A DNA stretch of 64,000 nucleotides from the NCBI GenBank assembly GCA_977018835.1, contig OZ361259.1, positions 1,860,001 to 1,924,000 on the forward strand. Reading direction: 5' to 3'. Of the stretch, positions 43,708 to 56,251 are shown piece by piece. This DNA comes from Minutocellus sp. GHC0000111. Taxonomy: Eukaryota. The stretch's first letter is position 1, and each line of letters starts with the position of its first letter. The notes under the pieces were generated by a model. It had not been told where the DNA came from and searched no databases. It was given only the letters and a program-made list of their open reading frames with translations. Both the position numbers and the translations under genes were made by a program.

Positions 43708-45963
43708 ATGGGCATCTGTTCCAGCAAGGAGGGCACCGCAGCCGTCCCGTCGGCTGCCCCATCGACCAGCAATGGCGTGAGTCCCTCTCGTATCTTTTCA
43801 TACTTTTCAGTGGGGTCTTCCGGAACCGTCAAAATTAGTGCCGCCCTAATAATTGCCGATAACTCCCTGCTCACCCGCCTTCTTTTCCCCTTTGTTCATC
43901 CTGTTTAGCGACCACATGCACCTGTATCCAGCCCTCGTTCCGGCGGTTCCAAGCAAAAGGCTGCCGGATCCTGGGACGGCAAGCACTTTCAAGAAGTTTA
44001 CAAGATCGGAAAGAGCGTAAGTATATTGCCGACCCTGCAAACCTTCATTGGCGATGATGGATGTGCCGGAATTTTTCACTGCATGGGGATATTTCACCCC
44101 GAACGCACAGATGACATGGCATTTATATCTCACCGCACAACTGAACTCTCACATGATGTTCTTTGCTCACACCTCCTTCCATCACTAAACCGAACACCCG
44201 CATCAGCTCGGCGAGGGTGCCTTCTCGGTCGTCAAGGAAGGAACACACAAGCAGACCAGCCGCACCTTTGCCATCAAGATCGTGACCAAGGCCAAGCTCA
44301 CCAAGGAGGACGAGCTGGCCCTCAAGGACGAGATCGACGTCCTCAAGGAACTCAAGCATCCGCACATCATTCGACTCTATGACGTGTTCGACGAACCGCA
44401 GTACTACTACCTCGTCACCGAACAGATGCGCGGCGGAGAGCTGTTCGATCGCATCGTGGCCAAGCAGTACTACAACGAGAAGGAGGCGCGTGACGTGTGC
44501 AAAACCTTGTTTGAGGCCCTGGCCTACTGCCACAACAAGAAGATTGCCCACCGCGATTTGAAGCCGGAGAATCTGCTGCTGCAAAGTCCCAACAATGATC
44601 GGGAGCTCAAGATTGCCGACTTTGGATTTGCCAAGCGTTGTCCTAGTACCAATTGTTTGACGACGCAGTGCGGTACGCCCGGATACGTCGCTCCGGAGAT
44701 TTTGGAGGGCGTCCCGTACGGCACCCAGAGTGATATGTGGTCTCTTGGTGTGATTGGTGAGTTGTTTATATATTGATACTTGGAGGTGTTGATGAACGTT
44801 GACATAGTGATCTTGGCTGTGCGGGATGTATTTGTGATATATTGGCCGCCTCTTTTCTTATGCCATACATGTATTCATGCATTCTCCTCTTTGGACGATC
44901 ACATGTGATCTGAACTGCGCAGCCTACATTCTGCTCGGAGGTTATCCGCCGTTCATTGAAAACAACCAGCGAGAGTTGTTCCGCAAGATCCGACGTGGGC
45001 AGTACGAATTCCATGAGGAGTATTGGGGATCGGTTTCGAAGGATGCCAAGGGATTGATATCGAGTCTGCTGACTGTCGACCCGACCAAGCGATTGTCGGC
45101 CAAGCAGGCACTGCGCAACCCATGGATCACTGGCAGTGATGAGAAGTTGGCCGGATATGATCTGGGCAAGAACCTTGAGGAGTTCAAGAAGTTCAATGCC
45201 AAACGCAAGTTCAAGGCGGCTGTCAAGGGTGACATTGCGGCCAACATGATGAAGACCTTTGTTGGTGGTGCCAAGGCAACCAGTTTGGAGAGGAAGCTTA
45301 CCGAAGAGGATATCGGCGACCTCAAGGAGACGTTTGCAATGTTCGACAAGGACGGAGGCGGCACCATTTCCATGGCCGAGCTCAAGGGCGTCATGGACCG
45401 GTTGGGAACCAAGGTATCCGACAAGGAACTGAGGGAGATCATTTCGACTGTCGATGAGAACAATGATGGAGAGATTGATTTAGGTGAGAATTGCGACGTG
45501 AGGAGACGAGCTTTGAATTACATAGCGGTTGTTGCAATCGCTCACCTTTTTTGATGAAAAGGCGAACGATACCACATTCATGTGGGTGGCTGAAGCAATA
45601 TCGAAATCAGAGCAACGCTCGCTCATTTGTTTTCCAAATCTGAATACCCATATCGGAAACTAATGTCTTCTCTTCTTATTTTCAATTATTTTTGCAGAGG
45701 AATTCATAACAATGATGAAGAAGATGCCGGAGAAGAAGGAAGAGCTCCGCGAGGCCTTCAAGACTTTCGATGCTGATGGCGATGGTTGTACCACTCGCTC
45801 GGAGCTTCGCAGAGTTATGATGATCAAGTTCGGGCAGAATCTGACTGACCCGGAATTGGATGCTGTAATGCTCGAGGTTGATAAGAATCGCGATGGCGTC
45901 ATTTCCTTTTCCGAATTTATGGAAGCAGTGGAAACCTACAGACCTCCGTCGTTCCGGGGTTGA
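43708..45963 (+). CDS. CDPK: Calcium-dependent protein kinase (CAMK-group kinase + four-EF-hand calmodulin-like domain), N-myristoylated
   Basis: Five phase-consistent exons: 43708-43776, 43909-44016, 44207-44756, 44923-45483, 45698-45963. N-terminus MGICSS; LGEGAFSVV, HRDLKPEN, DFG, CGTPGYVAPE; EF loops DKDGGGTISMAE, DENNDGEIDLEE, DADGDGCTTRSE and DKNRDGVISFSE. Confidence 0.95.
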
Positions 45964-46130
45964 GAAGGTTTGTGTTTCATGTGATTCTGATCAGCGTTCA
46001 ATTTTTACAAGCCAAGCTTATTCAACATAACATATCCCTAAGAGTCCTTTTTAGTTCAGCCATTTACTTTACAAGAGGTCGATCTGTGACTGCTTACAGA
46101 TATTCAAAATAACCCCAAACATGTCTGTCG

Positions 46131-47059
46131 CTATTGGTTCATCTTCTTCCCCTCATCCTCTTGTGATGTTTGTTGTTGATTATCGGCCCCTCCACCAGTT
46201 GCAGCGGCCTCTTCCGCTCTCTTCTCTTTTAAGAACTCATCCAATTGCTCCTTCGCTCTGTGTATCTTTGATTGCAAGTAAAACGAACCTCCTTTGGACA
46301 CATCATTTGCTGCAAAGTATTTCTCGTATTGCTGTAACGTTTTTGGAAGGTGGGAAACAAAGAAGATTCAGTAAGTATCGAGATATACAAGAACGAAGAG
46401 TCTACGGAAAACATCGATATGCAGTACAGTCGGATTCGAGACAGCGAGTTCCCCTCTTTCCTTCAATCCACTCTGAAACGATGTAGTCTTGACCAATACA
46501 CCAATCTCGAGGAGCTGCTGGTCTTCCGATTCTACCTCTACCGAGAGATGAAGTCCAAAGTCCATCGCCTCATTTATTACTGATGACGGTATCGCCCCGA
46601 ACCATTCAGATGCAGCATAATCACGCCCAGAGAGAAGCAATAACCTTCCTCGCATTTATATGTCGACGCAATTGGAAACCCGTCGTACTCCATATTCATA
46701 TTGCCTTCCTTTGGCGGACTTGCTATAATGTGTCTCGCAAGTGCACGACCAACGGATGCTCATTTGTAGTCGACCAACTTCCCCCGATAACGTCTAACCC
46801 ACAAAACCCTCACCTTCTGCACCGCCTCGGCCGTGCACTCCGCCTCGGTAATGTTGAGAACCTGCAGCGCCTCATCCCGTGCCATGACCTTGCGGGCCAT
46901 GAATCCCCCGTCCTTGGCGGCGTTGGCGGCCGCCGCCCCGCCGCCCTTCTTGGCGTTGTTGAGGGCCTGCTGATAGGCCGAGGGCAGGGCCTTGGCCATT
47001 ACGGCGATGCCGGCCACGACCAGCTGGGCGGCCACGCGGGCTATCGGACCGAGGGCCAT
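46131..47059 (-). CDS. PAM16: Mitochondrial import motor subunit Pam16/Tim16
   Basis: Exons 47059-46814 and 46331-46131 (482-nt GT-AG intron) give ...AYQQA...MARDEALQVLNI...VQK|QYEKYFAANDVSKGGSFYLQSKIHRAKE. Confidence 0.93.
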
Positions 47060-47402
47060 GGTGTTCTATTTGGTTGGTTTGATATAACGTGGTTTGGGAG
47101 CACGTCCTGTTCTTCTTCTTCGGCCTTCTTCTTCTGAGTTTGCTGGCTTTGCTGGCTGAGCGAGTTTTGTGGCTGGGAGGAGGTCCCGTTTCCTGAGTCG
47201 ATCGAGTCAATTTGTGTCATTTTTCTGCCGCAAGGTTGGCAAGTGGCGAAGGCCACAACAAGATGTGCTGAAATAAATTGAGCAAAATACCCCCTGCCAC
47301 AAGCCCACTTGCACGAAAAAGAGCATAGATACTACGACCCACGTGTCTCGCTGTTTTATTATAGCCGAAGCGTGCTTGGTTACCGTTCCTGCCGAATTAC
47401 TA

Positions 47403-47446
47403 CATTGTTGAACAAGGCAAAAATCATTGTTGAACAAGGCAAAAAT
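47403..47446. repeat. Perfect 22-bp tandem duplication
   Basis: CATTGTTGAACAAGGCAAAAAT x2. Confidence 0.9.
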
Positions 47447-47506
47447 CGTGGCTGCTCCTCGAGATTTATTTGTAACAAACGCAAGCAGGAGCAAACAATT
47501 ATAACC

Positions 47507-47608
47507 ATGTCAAACAAAAACGACGTGGTTGTCCACATTGGCGGAACGGAACAAATATTGTCTGAATCAAAGACAATCAAGGCAGTTTTCCACAACTTTG
47601 AGACTTTG
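47507..47608 (+). pseudogene. 5' fragment of a MATH-BTB family gene
   Basis: MSNKNDVVVHIGGTEQILSESKTIKAVFHNFETL aligns with the N-termini of the two MATH-BTB genes in this window (HVGGCDQIRSKWKGVRVVFHNFEGM; HVNGKDQYPSEWKRIRVVFHNFESL), then similarity stops. Confidence 0.75.
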
Positions 47609-48477
47609 TGTTCCTATGTTTCGCCTGCAACAGTCCGAATACGAAACTCCGATGCAGCCGCTGCAGGGTGGCCGTGTGTGAGTTGGTTGCGTTTTGTTAT
47701 GCCTGGATGGCAGATGTACCCTGTGATTCAGGGTAATGCCAGTTGTTTTTTGGCTGTTCTTTTTTTTGTAGCACATTGATGGATGGCATCTTTTCCTACC
47801 TTTCTCACTCTCATGCATGTGCCCGTATCGCAAATGTGCATTGCAGACTGCAACAAGAAGTGCCAGCTCGACGGGTGGAAGAACTGCAACCACAAGGAAA
47901 CCTGCAAGGTGCACACCGACAATCGGTATGTCAAGAACCCGCAGATCGACATTGCCGAACCGGTGCCCACATGTCTGAAGAGCTGCCGCTGGTTGAGCGA
48001 GGACGATCTCAACGTCGCCATGGATCGGCGCGTGGAATTGTTCCTGGCCGAATTGCAGCGATGGGGCAAGACCAACGCGGCGGTTCGGGCAGAACGGAGG
48101 TCAATGTCCATCTGCAGGCATCGGTGGTGTGGTCTTATTTTTCATCCCATCGACGAAGGAGACTCGGTAAGGCAAAACCTTCATCCACTTTCTGGTGTTC
48201 TGGTGGTTCGGGGAGTATCTCGGACGAAGCCAAGAACAAGGTACTTGGGATAAAATCACATGGTTCTTTTGAGATTGCCAAACAATTTGAAGTGAAGTTT
48301 TTCAGGGTCACATATGGCTGCGGTCTCATGTGCTTTAGTGACCAAGGCTTTCGAGAATCAGATGAGGTCAAGAAGTGGATAGAACTGGATGTAGGGAGCT
48401 CCCTGTTGACTCCGGACTGCCAACATTCGATGGCGGATGCTTTTAGCCTGCATGGAAGCAATGCTCGCGATGGGTAG
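47608..48477 (+). CDS. MYND zinc-finger protein (ends uncertain)
   Basis: Splicing intron 47678-47846 (GTGAGT...TGCAG) gives CFACNSPNTKLRCSRCRVAV-Y-CNKKCQLDGWKNCNHKETC. The downstream frame is unclear (stop at 48253 or 48477). Confidence 0.75.
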
Positions 48478-48736
48478 TGCAATTAACAAGATCATCCACT
48501 CTTGCATAGATAAACTTGTATAATTTTCTTTAAGTAAAGCTTTTATGTGTGTGTGCAACTTAGTGCGTGAAACGGAGTTATGCCGTTCATTCTGAATATG
48601 TTATACCGACTCCCTGCACTCTGGATGTAAAATGTTATCATTTTCGTTGTTGTACATAAGATTTGAACAAACGCGCCACTAGCTAGCGGGTTTGCTTGGA
48701 CCATGTCCTGCTTGGTTGGACTACTGTCGCTTAAAT

Positions 48737-51696
48737 TCATCCCGCCGCCTTTGCAGCTTTTGCCTCGTCTCGCGTTTGCTTTTCGCGAAGCTGCCGCACT
48801 CGGCGACAAAGTTGGTTCTTGCGCTGGTGAAGACTCACATTGTCCGAATCGAATATCTCATGAGCCGACGATCCCTTGACCGGAGTCGGATAGTCATACC
48901 CACCCTGAAGCAGAGCGTCAAACGGGGTGATTTCGGGATTGCGCAGCTTGATCCGGACGGCACGGTTCATTCGCGGATCGGCACGTCGGCCGACCTTCTT
49001 CTTGCCACTCTTGGGCGTCTCGGTATCGTTGAGCACTTCCTCGAGGTCGATGAGATCCTTCTTGGACTGGCGATTGAGCTTGAACGGTACCTGTCGATTG
49101 GGATTGACGGGATTTCCCGCGTGGTTTAGAGGAGAAGGGAGTGCTGATGACACAGTGCCTGCCTCACCAGCAGTACTGGTTTCCTCAATTTGAGAAAGTT
49201 TGCGCTTTGGTTTGCGCTTGAACTTGAGGTCCCTCCACGACTTTTGAGGCTTCTCTTCCGCCCCCTCGGTGACAGGCTGCGCGACGGCCGCGGCCAGGGA
49301 TAGCGCCTCCAAGCCATCAACGTCGCCACCGCCGCTGATACTCGTCGCAACCGACGCGGCGATTGCGGCAGCACCAGGAACCGCACTCGAAGTCGTCCCA
49401 GGCGCTCCAACCTCCAAGGCTTCTGCGGAATGTTCCTGTGAAAGCCTTTGATGGATCCATTTGCGAAAGTCGAGTTGGACATCACCGCAAAGCTCGGCGG
49501 AAAGTATGGAACGATGCAAACCAAAGGCTTCGAGCTGGAGCAAAACCTCAGCGTCAGTGCCGTAGTGGGTATTGAATCGCAACCGCATCTCCTTCCCCAG
49601 CACAAACTTGAGGGCAGGAAAGATGACATAGTGCGCCACCTTGCTGGGATGGCAAAAGTGGATGGAACGGAGATGGACGGGAAAGATTTCCGAGATGGCC
49701 TTGCGAGTGAAGCGGCTGAAGTTGAGGTCCATCCCGGAGCCCGTCGAGTACGCCTTGGCCGACGTAAGGACGACGAGGCCGCGGTTGCGAGACTCTTCGT
49801 CCTCGATGATGGTCTCGAGGAGGTACCACATGGCCATGTTCTGGCGATGCGTGCTGTACACCGTCGCGTCTCGGCGGGACGGGTCGCCAAAGACGATGGT
49901 CCGGCCGGACCGATCTCGGTAGGGGAGGGTCTGGGCAATGCTGGACTGGATCATCCAGTCGATCTCACCCTTCATGGCCTGTGAGGAGAGTGCAAAGGAG
50001 GGGATATACGCACGACCTGTGAGTAAGCAAAATGCAGCATGCGAGGCGTCCCACCCTCTCTCTCAAGTGTGTCGCCTGAACGAATCGACACGCTACTTAC
50101 CCCATGAAGGCTCATCCTCTCAAAGGCCTTGGCCGGGCCAAACAGCTCCAACCGATCCGTCCAATACTGCACAATCTTCCGCGCGGCCGCCCGGGCGTCA
50201 AAGTTGCACCCCTCCAGATAGGCCATGTGCCGGTTGCGTCCCTGGGCGTTCCGTCCGGTGGCCTCGGCGTGACAGGGCTTGTCGGGACCAATCGCCAGCA
50301 GGTACGCCACCTTTTCGCCCGTGGGGATGGCATCGAGCTCGGATTGGAGATTCTGCAAATCAGCCTCGGCCCGGATCTGCCGTTCCCGACGTCGGAGGAG
50401 GGAGTCCATCCCCTCTCTGCCGGTGGGGCTGTTGGTGGTGGTTGTGGCCGTGCCCGCTGCCATGGACAGGGCCGCCCCCAACCCCCCCATCGCTGGACTG
50501 GCCGACGATGCCGCCATTGCCCCAGACCCGCCCGCCGTTGACGACGAGGATGCGCCCGCTGATGATGCCAGCCCCATCCCCCCCAGATGGTTCGTCAGGC
50601 CCAGCATGTCCCTCCGCAGCTGCAGTATGTCTTCGGGGGTGAGGTTGGACAGCTCCCTCCGCTCGTCTTCGGCCGTGAAGGTGGGGAGGTTGTGAATATC
50701 GTCGTGCTCATCGTCGGCAGTGGTGGTGGTGGGTGGTGGTAGTGATACCTGGGCAGGTTGGGTAGGAGCCGGAACGTGAGATATAGGAGCTTGAGCCGGG
50801 GTCACCGGTACCTGAGCACCGGCAGCCTGAGCACCCGCCTGGGCCTGGACCAGAGCCTGCTGGATCGCCCGGGCCTCCACCTCGATGAGCTGCCCCATCT
50901 GCACCTGCTGAGCCTGAGCTTGCGCCTGGGCCCGCACCTGGGCCATCTGCAGCTCCACCTGCCGCCTCTCGAGGGCCACGGCGGCCGATCGGGCCAGCAG
51001 TTCCGCCTCGGCCCGGGCCCGGGCCGCCAGGAGGGTCTGGTCGGTGGCCGACAGTGGCGGCGGCGGGGGTGGACGGGCCGAGGCGGGAGCGGTGCCCATG
51101 GTGCTGTTGTTTAGAGTGACACCGGTTGGTACCGGCAGTGGGTATTGCGTGGCCAGGGTGGCCGGAGGAGGCTGCACTCGCTGCGGAGGGAGCTGGACAC
51201 CCTGGCCTCCCTGCAGCAACGGGCTGGCCGGTACCTGCACTTGTGGCTGTGGCTGCTGTAGCTGTTGCTGTTGTTGCTGCTGGGGAGCCAGACCTACCTG
51301 AGCACGAGTGTGTGCCTGAGTCTGAGCCTGGACGTGGGCCGCCTGCAACAGGAGCAAATGTCGACGGATGGCCTCCTCGTCGGTCGCAGTCCCAGTGGCA
51401 GAATTTGCAGCGGCCGACGGAGCTTGGGCATGCTGCGGCTGCGGCAGAACTCTCGACGGAACTTGGGCGGTATTGTCATCCATATTCATCTCGGCAGTAC
51501 CACCGTTGTTGTTGCTGTCTGTGCCTGCCGAAGCCAACACCGAATCCGCTGCCGGTAATAATTTGTCGGGACCCTCGGTGTCCTGCGGATTATCGCCCTG
51601 CCGTCCGAGTGCACCGGCCGGCGAGGCCCGCTGCGCCGAAGCCGAAGGTGGTTGCATGCCCACCCGAATTCCTTCGTCGTCGGACGGTCGGTTCAT
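48737..51696 (-). CDS. Gln/Pro-rich N-terminus + CRAL-TRIO (Sec14-like) domain + basic C-terminal domain
   Basis: Exons 51696-50101 and 49978-48737 (phase 0, GTAAGT...CACAG). YLEGCNFDARAAARKIVQYW, RDRSGRTIV, FPVHLRSIHF and ILSAELCG. C-terminal RADPRMNRAV...QRKNQLCRR. Confidence 0.85.
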
Positions 51697-52595
51697 GGAA
51701 TGCCCGGTATTGACGACAGTATATGTACCTACGGAACTTCCTATTCAATATACAATGGGAGCCTTGGACAGTTCGTCAAGAAACAAACTCAACTTACTCC
51801 GGCACGATTCTTCGGCCAAACCAAAACCTCAATGGGACCGACCAAGACACGACCAATCGAGCGAACAAAGGCGGCAGATCTATTTATATATGTGTTCCGT
51901 CTGAAGGGATGGAATGGAATGGAATATGTATTGACTGCCTTTTGCCCTTTTGTGCTTGAGAGGCCGCGAGGTCAAAGGGCCTATATGCAATTTATTTTCT
52001 TGTGCGGGACGCCGCACAGCCACAAGATGTGCTCGTTTTTCGGCTCTTTGCTTAGGAGATACAGGCGCTCGTGCCTGCGGGCGAGCTCACGGCCAGGTGG
52101 GCGATATATGGTATGGAACAAAACGAAGAACGCTTTCGATTTCCAAGACGAATTTGTAATACACAAAAAAGAGTGGAATAAGGCCAAGAAATCACTAAGG
52201 GAGATGGGCCTAATTTGCTTCCACAATCAGGCCGGTGATTAAAAAAACGCAAGGCAAATTCCGGCAACTCGGCTTGGCTTGCCTCTCGGCTCGACTCGGC
52301 TGGGCCCAGAGATGCGCAGTACAATGAGAAGATGGGACGCCTCGCTTTGGCAAATATGATGTGTTTGTGCAATTTGGCCGAAGAATGGCAAGAGGATTGC
52401 TTGCCTGCTTTCGCTCCTGGACCCTTTCCTGTCCGGCGCCGCCGCGCGCTCCGCCGAATGGGAACAGGCCACCAAAAATGATTTGTTCGGGGTTCGGCCT
52501 GGCTGTGATCCAAGGGGCAGTAATGGAGACAAGCCCTTCTCACTTACTTGGGAATCTCGTCCCAAAAATATAGTATGGCGCAGAAACCAATGTTT

Positions 52596-53143
52596 CTGGA
52601 TTGGCCTTACTCTTTGAACTCGTTTCTGGGAGTTCCTGGGAAACAGGAAAAGGCCAATTCGCCCGTGGCGCTGCCGAAATGCCCGAGAACTTCGCCGAAA
52701 TGCCCGGGGGCAAAAGCACGGAGACTCGCCATGGCAAAAGGGCCTTTTGCCGATTTGCCCGGGACAAAAATTTCACTACCAAGACACACGGGTGATGGAC
52801 AGAATGTTTCTCATGCTTCGCACGCGTTGTGTCCAAGAGCGAAGTTTATGTGTGATTTCTCGCCGCCGGGTCAGGCATCGTGTGCATGAAGTCTCGCCAA
52901 AAGCAGCACGTTTTTTTTGCTTGCGTCTGAGCCGAATTGCCCCCGGGTAATTTGTCTTTTTGCTCTTCGCCCGTTGACTTCGCCGAACGAAGTGCCCGTT
53001 CCGTCGCCGATTTGCCCGGAAAAAAAATAATTTCGGCACATCCCCGGAACTCCCTGGATTGGCCTCACTCTTTGAACTCGTTTTTCTGTGGATTGTTGGC
53101 GGCCTTGCTGTGCTTGACTTAGCCTATTTTTCTGGATTGGCCT
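52596..53143. repeat. Dispersed direct repeats in a 2.7-kb intergenic region
   Basis: CTGGATTGGCCT(T/C)ACTCTTTGAACTCGTTT at 52596-52625 and 53054-53083 (29/30); partial third copy at 53132; GCCGATTTGCCCGG at ~52749 and ~53007. Confidence 0.75.
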
Positions 53144-54019
53144 GCTCTTGTTGCATCCCCGCCGAGTGGTGGTCACTGAGGCCTTTCGCGGGCCGCTAGC
53201 CATAAAAGTCAGAAAGCAACTTTCCGGGAATTCCCTCTGTCCCACCCCCTGCCCTAACATGAAGACCTTGCTTGAACATTGCATGGCGACGTCGCCATGC
53301 AGCAGCAATGTGCAAACGGCCTCACCAACACTCGTGATCTCGCCACACAACGCAAACGAAACGGGTGTTTGGTCCCCACCTCGGCCACCAGTCATTGGTC
53401 AAATTGCACCATTCACTTCTGAGGCAGAAAAATCACTTGCATTCTTTCTTGCAAGTGTGAACAAGCCCCCTGCATCGCTCGCTGCTGATGGATTCGCAGT
53501 CTGCCGATCCATTAAGGTAACCCGGATGAAATCCATCCGGGAAAGAAAGTCCTTTCTTAATGACTGACGTGTCTTTGCATCCCGCCAAACACGCCACTCA
53601 AAACCCCAAATGTATGTTTCAATCCACACTCAAAAGCACAAATGTGCTCCGGTTGGATCCGAGACTGACTCACATGCACTCGGAATTCTTCCTCGTGCAC
53701 ACCCACCTGTAGTGTGGCTCTCATTAATGTTCTTTAGTAACAGCAACAAACAATCCAACATCCTATCTAGCTAGACACACCCCTCCTTCGGCATCTGATC
53801 CTCCTGTTGTGCACGAACATGAAGACCCATCCCTTGTGAAGACCAGCACCTCCGAAACCAGCACTCGCACTGTCGAACCACCGCGCGCGCCACATGGCTG
53901 CTTAGTTTTAGAAGTGCTACGAGACAAAGAAACAAACAAATTATCGCCAGCCACGGCAAATGTGCCACACGAAACCAACAGTGTGCCGAACCCCTCCACC
54001 CCAATGTGTTGTTCACCCA

Positions 54020-54081
54020 ATGGTGGCAGTGTTCCCCTCTCTCGCGCTCATGGTGGCAGTGTTCCCCTCTCTCTCGCGCTC
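54020..54081. repeat. 30-bp tandem duplication
   Basis: ATGGTGGCAGTGTTCCCCTCTCTCGCGCTC x2; the second copy has one extra CT. Confidence 0.9.
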
Positions 54082-54387
54082 ATGTCCAGCGCCGCCGTGG
54101 CCATAGCAGACACCTCGACAGGCAAAACCCTGGAGAGCAACGGCATGCTTCATGGCCTCATCTCATCGATCGATGCACTGTTCTCCCGTGCCGAAAGATG
54201 CAGGCGACGACAGTCAAGTAAACGACGACATCAACGTCCTCCAGCTGCTGCAGCTGCCACCAGACGCTGCCTCAAATTCCACTCCTTCCGTCGTCCGGTA
54301 GGCCTACATGCCTCATCCCGATCATGTTGAGACACAAAAATACTCAAAATACAAGCCAAGGCCCTGCCCAACGATGACGACAACAAA

Positions 54388-55823
54388 ATGTTCATCGAAA
54401 TGCAAACAATCGATGCTGGTGATGATGACGACGAAGAGCCAGCAACGAGAACCGCCGCCAATGTCACCAAAACGAAAACATTTGATAAACCAATCCTCCA
54501 GCGTATGAATACCGTGACGGGGGATCCCCAAGAGGCCTCGCAGATGACGTCAAACCTCAAGGTCGACTTTACCGACCTCATCTACCTCAATCGCATTGGG
54601 GAGGGGTCCTTCGGCGACATCTTCCGTGCCAAGTACCGTGGCATGACAGTCGCCGCCAAGAAGATCAAGAAGGAAGCGTCCAGGTCGGCGACCAGGAGTG
54701 AAAATGACAGTGACAGCAACGGCAGTGGGGAGAATGGTGAAAATAACATCGCCGACGGGAGCTTCCGGATGGGACGGCGCATGTCCACCACAAGGAGGAC
54801 GTCTTCGCATTTCGTGAGCGACGAGAAAGACGACGTCCGAGCCGGGAAACGGCTCTCGTCTGCACACAATTTCAACTATAGAGCGAGGATGGAAGCGATG
54901 GAATGGACTTCGATAACGATGATGATGATGATGAGGACGCTTCGGCCCTGTCCGACTTTCGCAGGGAGGTGCAGGTCCTCAAGGCCCTCCGGCATCCCAA
55001 TATCGTCCTCCTCCTGGCCTATTCTACCATACCCGGCAATGAAGTGGCCCTATATGAACTGATGGAATGCTCCTTGCTCGATCTACTACAGAATCACGAT
55101 GACCGCAAGACGAAGATGAAGCCACGCCAGCAGATTGCGTTCGCCATTGACCTATGTTCGGGAATGCACTACCTTCACTCTTGTCGTCCTCTCGTGGTCC
55201 TTCATCGCGACCTTAAGCCTTCCAATTGCCTCATCGATTCGTATGGACGGCTAAAGCTTTTCGATTTTGGCTTGTCAAAGCTCGTTTCGGCCGACCCGAA
55301 ACGAAGAAAAGAGTACAACATGACCGGCGAGACTGGCACCTACCGATTCATGGCGGGAGAAGTCTTTAGGAAGGAGCCTCACTACAGCGAAAAGGTTGAT
55401 GTGTACTCGTTTGCGATGATATTCTACAACTTACTTAGCGGCCTGCCCCCTTGGCCGACCACGATAGGAACAACGGTTGCCTTCATGACAAGCCGAGGGG
55501 AGAGGCCCCCCATCGAGAAGAAGTGGGATCCTCGGCTACAATATCTGCTCAAGGAATGCTGGCACCCCGACCACACCATGAGACCATCCTTTGCCAGGAT
55601 CTTGGATACGCTGATATCGTATCAACTTGCTGTGCATGGGGGCAAGAACGGGAGCAAAAATGGCTCCTCGGCTCGCCGTCGGCAAGTCACCGCATCATCG
55701 CTAATGTCGTTTTTTTCCTCCAGCAAGAAGAGTTCGAACAGTGATCGCAGCACACGCTTGACAAGGGGTGTGTCCACGAGCTCTGGCACATCGCTATTCT
55801 CGACAGCATCGGCTCCACCGTAG
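54388..55823 (+). CDS. Tyrosine-kinase-like (TKL/Raf-like) protein kinase
   Basis: IGEGSFG, VAAK, FRREVQVL..LRHPNIV, HRDLKPSN, DFG, TGETGTYRFMAGE and KVDVYSF. The two ORFs join in phase through a 68-nt intron 54814-54881 (GTGAGC...CTATAG). Confidence 0.88.
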
Positions 55824-56251
55824 GTCGATTCAGCGTTGATGGTCGATTTCAACGAATATATTTTAATACATGTTTTGCACTACATGTACTACTCTATATT
55901 TGATCGCCTATACTTTTGTGTACTCTTTCTACATCTCGAGGAGTGATCTCCCCGCGCCAATTCTCTGCAAATTCCGTGTCGTCCTCGCCAGACATCATGT
56001 TGTCGATAATGTCTTTTGGTTGGCAGTTCTCCACTACAATCGAAAGAATCAAACAAATTGCACCCAGCCATTTCAAATCACCTTCGAGTACTCCTCGTCC
56101 GAATATATAGTCGAGTGCTACCGATAAGACCAAATGTGGATCTGTGAATAAAGAAATGTCTGGAAACAACTCCGTCTTATCGTCCAATATATTGCCAATT
56201 GTTTGATATTGTATCATTGATTGCTTGGCCCATGTTTTATCAAATGCAATC

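Noticed and set aside
54814..54903. Frameshift or pseudogene call for the TKL kinase
   Set aside because: A phase-0 GT-AG intron (54814-54881) joins the two ORFs in frame.
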